A stretch of DNA of 63,299 bases, the filler included, from Hyphochytrium catenoides (lineage: Eukaryota; Protista; Hyphochytriomycota), in the NCBI GenBank assembly GCA_900088475.1. It is 3 parts of 3 records of this genome, joined end to end, with 100 filler letters (N's around TTAATTAATTAA, not from the genome) between each part and the next. Parts side by side here need not be neighbours in the genome. Positions count along the whole stretch, not along the records: positions 48,200 to 63,299 come from FLMG01001144.1; 2 more parts are not named here. One strand, written 5' to 3'. The notes under the pieces were generated by a model. That model did not search any database. It saw only the letters and a program-made list of their open reading frames with translations, and had not been told where the DNA came from. The stretch's first letter is position 1. The number at the start of each line of letters is the position of its first letter. Shown in pieces: positions 56,299 through 63,299 of this stretch. Both the position numbers and the translations under genes were made by a program.

Positions 56299-57743
56299 TC
56301 TTTCTCTTTTCTTTCTTTCTCTCTTTTGCCTGCTCTCTTCCTCTGTCTCTCTCTCTCTCTTTTACGTGTCTCACTGCTTCACTTCTCTCTCTCTTTGCCT
56401 CCCTGCCCCTGCAGCTATCGACTGAACGTCTGGGATGTGGGTGGACAGCAGACTATCCGGTCCTACTGGAGGAACTACTTTGAGCAGGTCATTTATGTCT
56501 TGCCATTCATTCAATCCAACACAAAGCTCCACTCTCTCTCTCTCTCTCTCTCTCTTTCTGTGATGCAATCTGTGTTCTCCTTGTCTCTTCCTGTCCTGCT
56601 GTGACCAACCTCAAGGATATTGCCTGACCCCAGTTGTTTGTCCCCTAAGTCCTTAGCTGTCTTCAAATGCCGTCTATGTCTCTTTGAGTCTGTCTCTCCT
56701 CTTCGCGTTGACCTTAAGCAGGGAGTTTATAGATCCAGCTCAGTTTTCTCTCTTCGACATAGAGACTCGCTTAGTCCTATGAGAACGCCCTGAGTTGCCG
56801 TGCTTCCCTTCGTGAATCAATTACTTCGCCTCAATGCCTCTCTTCTCCTCTCCCTCGTGCCTCTCTCCCTCTCCTTTGCCCTGATCCTCACTGCTTCTCA
56901 TTCATCAGACCGACGGCGTCGTCTGGGTGGTTGACAGCGCCGATAGGCGACGATTAGAGATGTGCAAAGAAGAGTTGCACAAGCTGCTCCAGCAAGAGGT
57001 AAAAGAGACGAGTTCTCCGTGCTACTTGTTTGCTCTCTCTCTCTCTCTCTCTCTCTCTTTGCTCTCGCCTGCGGCATCCTTCCTCCTATCTCTCCTCTGG
57101 CTCTCTCTTCTCTCTCTCTTGAGATGCTTGCTTTGCTGAGACTCGAGGACCGGCTTCTGCGATTGATGCCGATCCTCTCATGCTCGTCCTCCAGGCCTTT
57201 CATTCTACCTGATCCGTCTCTGGGCACCTTCCTCGGCAGGCCCTCTACTCGCTCCTCTTTCGTCTCTGGGCATCTCTTTCCTCTCCCTCATACACAATAT
57301 CTCATCTCGTGGCCAACTTCCGTCTTTGTCTCTAACTCTCACTCTTCCTCTGGCAGCTTTGCCTTCGCACCTTTTTGCTGCTTTAAACTATATCTTATGA
57401 CTGACGACGACCGCCTCTCTGCTTTGTTCCGTGTTGGCTCCCTCAAATTTCTGGTGTTCCTGGGCACTCTTCTTGGCTTTCTGACTCTCTTACGACTTCT
57501 GTTTCCACGGGAACTACCCAGAAACTAGCAGGTGCCTCCTTGCTCATCTTCGCCAACAAGCAGGACCTAGCCGGTGCTTTAAGTGTAAAAGAGCTGGCGG
57601 AGACTCTGTGTCTCTCTTCTCCTGCCTTCGAGAAGAGACACTTTCTAGTTCTCCCTTGCTCTGCTGTGACAGGAGAAGGTCTGGAGGAAGGAGTAGATTG
57701 GCTTGTCAGTGACATTGCAGCAAGAATCTTTATGATGGACTAA
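55857..57743 (+). CDS. ARL2: ADP-ribosylation factor-like GTPase 2, 5 exons
   Basis: [22 protein letters not shown]|[32 protein letters not shown]..|[19 protein letters not shown]|[14 protein letters not shown]..|[22 protein letters not shown]; 4 GT-AG introns. Confidence 0.97.
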
Positions 57744-58175
57744 AAAGAGCGGAGAAGGAGGATGAGAAGAGTCAGTACAGAGAAGCGAGGAGGTCAATGA
57801 GGAGACAGAGTAGCCTGACGATTGAACCCATCGTCCATTTGGCCTCATTCTCTTCCTTTTCATTTCCTGAACCGAGCGCCTGCTGAGCCATTGAAGCTCT
57901 ATCAAATGGGGGCGATAGACGGTAGCCCTTGGTAGAGCGGATATCGGAAGGCTATTATAAAGAGGCTGCCACACGGAGAGGCGCAGCAGCATACTAATCT
58001 GCTCTTTCTATTTATTGCAATGCTTGGAATGCTTGTCCATATAGTTCTCATTGCGACAGACGGAGTCCCTAAACCATATAGACCTTTCTGGAAGGAGAGT
58101 GGAGAGATGAAGACAAGAGAAAGGCAAAAGTCTCCCTCATTCTCCTATCATATGGTGTGCTTGTGCCGTATGGCG

Positions 58176-61100
58176 TCATCCTTTCCTCTCTGTCGACGCC
58201 TTCGAAGTGGCCCCGTCCGTCTTCTTTTCTGGCTGCCTCTGGGCGTCCGAAGCTGAAGAAGTGACCGCTTGAGGCTCACGCTCAATAGTTAGGTCCGTTA
58301 CTAAGCTGGTGTCTCTTCCGAAGAAGAAGGTCTTGAACCAGTCAACGGGTACCTGCGGGAAAGAGACAGAGTAGAAAGGGTTTAGCGCTGTGTGGCGAAT
58401 CGATGTATAATAGATCAGCGGAAAGTGAAATCACTCTTCCGGTCGACCTCTCCCTGGTACAACTACTAATGGGGTTCTGCTCCTCGCCCTGTCTCACCTG
58501 CATTCTAAGCCTCCAAGCGCCTAACCTGGTGAGGTAGACCGAGCGCCACAAGACCCAAGAAAGGAGTCCTCTGAAAGCAGGACCCTTCAGGCGTTTGCCC
58601 GTCGGAAGCTCGGCATCCCCCATTTGAGTCAGAGCGCTATAGTCTCCAACGTAGGCCATCATTCCTGAGAATAGAAGATTAAACTACGAGAAGAGTGCCC
58701 CAAGCTCGAACTGAAGGTTTACAGCAGACAAGTACGCGGACCTAAGGAAAGAGGCAGATGAAGAGACCCCTAAGGCTCCACTCGAAGAGACAAAGCAAGG
58801 CAAGGAGAAATAGAGCGGCTTCTGCAGGTTGTTGACGTAGGGAGACGCCTGTCTCTATGAAGAGTATCGACAGAAGAGAAAAGAGGAGGAAATATGCTTG
58901 AGAGAAGCCGTTGCTGTCTTTGGATGTCATCGTTTCTCACCTTTGTTGACGAAACTGTACGGCTGCTTCTTCACTTCTATCCTTTCCTCCTCAAGAAGCT
59001 GCTTGAGGAGACCGGCCAGCCAGTACCCTTGAGATTGAGCCACTTGCGCAGTGGCAGGGACAGGAGTGGATGGAAGGGAAGAACAATCTCCTAGTGCAAA
59101 AACGTTTGATGGTACCATCCCCTCAGGCAGCTTCTTTTGAGCCGAAAATGGCTAAGGGGAGAAAGACGGGCAGAAAGGAGGGTCAGAATTTAGGTCATAG
59201 GTGAAGAGAGAGGGACAGAGAGAGAGAGAGTCAGCGTGAGAGAGCGAGCCAATAGAGAGTCAGAAAGAGAGAGAGGACCCCGGTAAAGCAGGTGCAACTC
59301 GATGAGGGACGGCACCTATTACATATACCGAAGCAGGGAAGAGACCATTGCGGCCGAGGAAGAACAGGCAGAAGGGAAGAGAAAAAGTGGAGAGAGGACA
59401 TGGCGTCGAAAGGTCTCAGTATACTCTGCCCGCTTGTCATTGGCCTTCTCTCCTTACCTTCTCTCTTCTTTTCCCCTCCCTGTAGCTCCTCCACCTGCAA
59501 GAAGCCATTGACTGCAATTTGGCCATGGCTTCCTTTTTTGAATTGCAACTCTTGCGTCAACCGTCGAGGCCCGATCCCTGCCACCCAGACTACAAGGCCA
59601 CACGGCAAAACCTCCCCATTGTCCAAAGTGATGGAAGACGGACTGACCTAAACAAAGGAAAAAAGAAAGCGAGAGAGTGAGAGAGAGAGAGAGAGACCGA
59701 TTTAAAGGCTCTGAGTTCCAGGCAGCAACCTCAAGAAAGAGAACGTGGGAAATCGAGGAGAAACAGTGATCAAGATGTGTAGGGGTTGAAGGTTGAAGAG
59801 CCGGTCCAGTTGACAGACCTCAACAGCATTGTTTTTCTTGATAATCATCTCCTTTCTCTTGCTGATCTTATTCAGAGCAAAAGCTCTAAGGCTTGGACTG
59901 AAGAAGCCAAGAAGCTCCCTTGCTTCCACTAAGGTTACCCGGACATGATCAACCAGCTGAGGGTAGAAGAAAAGGTCAGGCATATAAGTGCGACATAGCA
60001 GTGCGACACGCGTATTAAACGAGGAAGGAAAGAGGTCAATAGCACGCATGAGGAAAGCTATGGAAACCTGCCACTGCCGGAACGAGAAGACTTAGGCCCA
60101 AGAACAAGGCACGCGTCCTCGACAAAGGCCCCGGCAGTAGGCGCGGAGAATATGAGACAGACTCTCTAGCAACTAGCTGCTTACGCTTGGATAGAGGTCT
60201 TTGATGTCTTGTTTAACAAAGTCATGAAGTTCAGCGCTGAACTCCACACCAGTGGGTCTGCAAAAGCAGCAGATGCGAACCCGCTGAGAAACGCGCATAG
60301 ATAGCATTCCTATTCTCTACCGCCACCTTGCCCTCGTTGTTTAGCTGTCTCTTAACTATCCTCGTGCTCGATTTCCAGACTGTGGGTCATTGCTTTCTCT
60401 GTTTACGATCTTATAACCCCAGGTCTGGTCGACTTCATTTTGTATCCTTACAGAGAAGTGGCCTCTTACCCGCCGCCGACCACCACGAAATGGAGGAGCT
60501 GCTTCTTCCTCTCCAGAGAGACATCTGCAAGGGATCAACATCCCGGTACAGCAAGGAAAGAGAGGAGACTAGCTTAACTTTTGTCGGCACTCTAAAGAGG
60601 AAACGGTCACCGGGCCTAGCATCCAACAAAGGAGACTAAAGCAAAGAAGAGAGAGGCTGATACTTGCCAATCCAAAAGAAGAGACAAAAAGGCAATCCAA
60701 AAGAAGAGACAAAAGGCCGTTCTTAAGCTGTGGCATCTTTTCCCCTTGCTGATGTGCTCTACGTCCTCCTCCCATCTTGCTTCTCCTTCTATCTGTCCTG
60801 CAGGCGGATCCTTTACCTGGCTGTGCACAAAGCTCAAAGTTCTTGAGGATCTGCATCCGGATTTTTCGGGCGTGCCACACCTCCTTTAGCGGGAATGCGT
60901 GCTCTGCAACACCCTAACGGAGATGAAAAGAGATGTTGATCAAAAGGGGAAAGGTAGGAAAAGCTATGTGTCAGCTAAGATGGAACAACAGGAAGTTATG
61001 AGAGACAGACGCCGTAGCACTAATCATTTCACCACGTGAGGAGGCAAAGAAAGAGGAGCCACATGGCCAGACTAAGGGAAGCACCAGGGACCATAGAGCA

Positions 61101-62698
61101 AATCAACTCATTAACCTCCGAGTGCGAAGATGAGACACGGGGGCGCTGCGATACTCACCTTGATGCCAAAAGTCCTCGTCGTTGCTCCTACGCTCAGTAC
61201 CAAAATGTCATAGGGAACTAGACAGGCAAAGGAAACGACGAAAACCATTAGACACTTAGAGCTATGCCATGGCAGAAAGGATACATAGCAAAGAGCCAAG
61301 CCGAGAAGGAAGATATAGCGTGGAAGTCTCAAGATTGAAGACAATGGTAGAGTTTGGAAGCTTAAAGAGTGGCTGAAAAGGACAAAGTTGTTCCCACTTG
61401 TCTTAGGAATAAACAGCATAGGTTATGAAGGGTGAGAGCATACTTTTCAGACTAAAGTAGCGAGAGAAGCCGCCTGCTATCCTACCCTTGCTGATATGTC
61501 CATCTATCAGGCTCTTTACTTCGACCTCTTGCTTATCCGTGTCCACCCCGCGAACTGTCGCCAAATCGAACATGTGACCGCCCCCAAGGGGACCGTATTC
61601 CCGACGTATCGGCTCAATAATAGAGCGGAACTCGAGCGTCCTGACCCAAGAAGAGAGGATTTAGGAGATAGAGGAGATGTAATGGGGATTATTCAATAAA
61701 TGGGAGGCCAGCAGAGAGAGAAAGAGCTCAAAGGAAGAGACGTATACAGAAAGAGGACGGGCAAAGTGGTTGTAAGCCTATCAAGTTGAGGACGGAAGCT
61801 AGGAAGATGAAATGATCCAACTAAGAGAGAGGCAAACGTCTCACTTCAAGAGACGCCTTACCCGACGGTCGTACTCGCTAGCAAAGGGGTGAACAGGAAG
61901 TGCTACGATCCCAAGTGATATAGCGCATAAGCGTGAGAGGGCGCGCTTGACATAGGAAATGAAAGAGGACGAGCTCTCAGGAAGCTCAAGAGAAGATTGA
62001 GGTTGGGAAGCAGCAGTTCGGGCCAATAGAGGATGCCAAGTGAGCCTAAGGTACGTGAGAAAGACAAAAAAGAACCGAAGACGGTGCGGTCACATGGTAG
62101 GATATCTATCATCAAGAATGGCAAGAGATGGAGAAAGAGAAAGAGCTTCTACGCCTACATTTCTCTCGGAGATGACTGTGATATGCACATTGTTCCTTGT
62201 CGCGAACTTGCTAAACTGGTTCAGTACGGCATATCCTCCCCAACCTGTGAGGAGAGACGAGCTCAGTTAACAAGAGATCGATGTCCCATGATGGAAGGCG
62301 TATAAGCGTAAATGATGGGGAGAGGGATGAATGGAAGGAAGGACGGAGGATCATACATAGACCTGACTAACAGTTGAGAGGACATCAGAGAGTGAGAGCT
62401 ACAAACGACGGAAGTGTGTAAGGCAGTGAGGACTGTATCGCGTTTCTCTTCTCATAACGTGACCTGTGCCAACGATGACCACTCTCTTCTTGGCGTTATC
62501 TTTCTCGACTTGCTCTGTTGCTCCTAACGCTTTAGAAGGCACCTCTTCCTTCAACTGAGCGAGAGAGGGAGACAACGAGAAGCTCCGCTTGGTAGAGCTT
62601 GCTGTCGAGAGCCTTCCGTTACGCAGAAAGCCCCGGCCGCTCCGTCCCAAGGACGAGACAGACCCGAGAGAAGATGAGAGCAGCGACAACCGCGACAT
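58176..62698 (-). CDS. Type II (alternative) NADH:ubiquinone oxidoreductase with mitochondrial-type presequence
   Basis: RVVIVGT|GWGG, |HFLFTPLLASTTVG|TLEFRSIIEPIR, PYDILVLSVGA, HFVVVGGG|PTGVEFSAEL, PCGLVVWVAG, VFALGDC, PATAQVAQSQG, WVLWRSVYL, |VPVDWFKTFFFGRD. One junction near 59150-59460 unresolved. Confidence 0.96.
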
Positions 62699-63299
62699 CC
62701 TGACAGCCCAACCCACCGCTCTATCGTCCTAGTATAAAGCTTCTTGAATGGTGCTGCTTGTTGAAAGAGGACCTTTGACTAAAGACAGATTGCAGATGTG
62801 ACAGAGATCGGCTGCCGCCGTGACAACATATTCATGCCAAGCGGGAACAAAGCTCTGACGGAGAAAAGTGCTTGTCAATAAGCAGGGAAATCACCGACAC
62901 AAAGGCGCCAACCGTGCGTCTAGCCAAGCAGTGCAGGCAGCGACGGGTAGAGAAAGTAGGAGAGAGGAGACAGTCAGGTGCTGCCTGCCTTGCAGGGAGA
63001 AGAGAGATGGTGGAGGTCCGTGCACCAGGTGCGGGAGCCAGAAGAATTTGTCAGGCGAACAGATGCGAGAAGAGACATCCAGATCTTGGCCATCATCATT
63101 CGGGGGGGAAGGGAAGAAGAAAACCAGGCATCCGAAAGCAAGAAAGGCTATGAAAAGAGAGAGAGAGAGACAAGAGAACAGGAAGCGAAAGGAGAGTAGA
63201 ACCCAAGACATGAGACAGTACGAGGGAAAGGGAGACAGAGAGCGAGAAGAGAGCGCGAGAGAGAGCCACTGGGGGAGAGAGAGAGAGAGAGAGAGAGAG

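Noticed and set aside
3355-57528. Many ORFs made of LSLSLS or ERERER
   Set aside because: Translations of (CT)n/(GA)n tracts, which lack stops; mostly intronic or antisense to real genes.
61276-61284. GTATCCTTT on the minus strand in NDH2
   Set aside because: Lies within an intron whose GT-AG ends already restore the frame (HISK|VPYD); no U12 branch site follows.
14611-62698. Metabolic gene cluster (GDH, PGAM, ECH1, MDR, NDH2)
   Set aside because: Genes lie on three separately joined contigs, are interspersed with unrelated genes and do not form one pathway.
1-63299. tRNA, rRNA or snRNA genes
   Set aside because: None recognised by eye; a covariance-model search would be needed to exclude them.

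Overview
Intron-rich eukaryotic genomic DNA, probably from a protist with aerobic mitochondria. The standard genetic code fits all genes I could splice (TAA, TAG and TGA are all used as stops). It is heavily loaded with (CT)n/(GA)n microsatellites, so most short ORFs in the track are repeat noise. Two artificial 100-nt spacers (44 N + TTAATTAATTAA + 44 N, at 28962-29061 and 48100-48199) split the window into three segments whose adjacency is not established. Manual splicing supports a decayed Ty3/Gypsy retrotransposon, an ankyrin-repeat gene, an intronless 3xBTB protein, large NAD-glutamate dehydrogenase, a TCEANC2-like gene, SMC6 (5' truncated), dPGM, a long E/R coiled-coil gene, ECH1, a prokaryote-type MDR dehydrogenase, a CDK12/CDKC-like kinase (5' truncated), a weak Myb-like gene, ARL2 and a type II NADH dehydrogenase. 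Highlights: (1) a clear U12-type AT-AC intron in the CDK gene, implying a minor spliceosome; (2) a 1677-aa protein with three tandem coiled-coil+BTB modules and about 13-15 copies of a motif I do not recognise, MYxGVxx(A/S)LG(F/Y); (3) an intact -1 ribosomal frameshift cassette in an otherwise dead retroelement. All family assignments are from motif recognition by eye; no searches were run.
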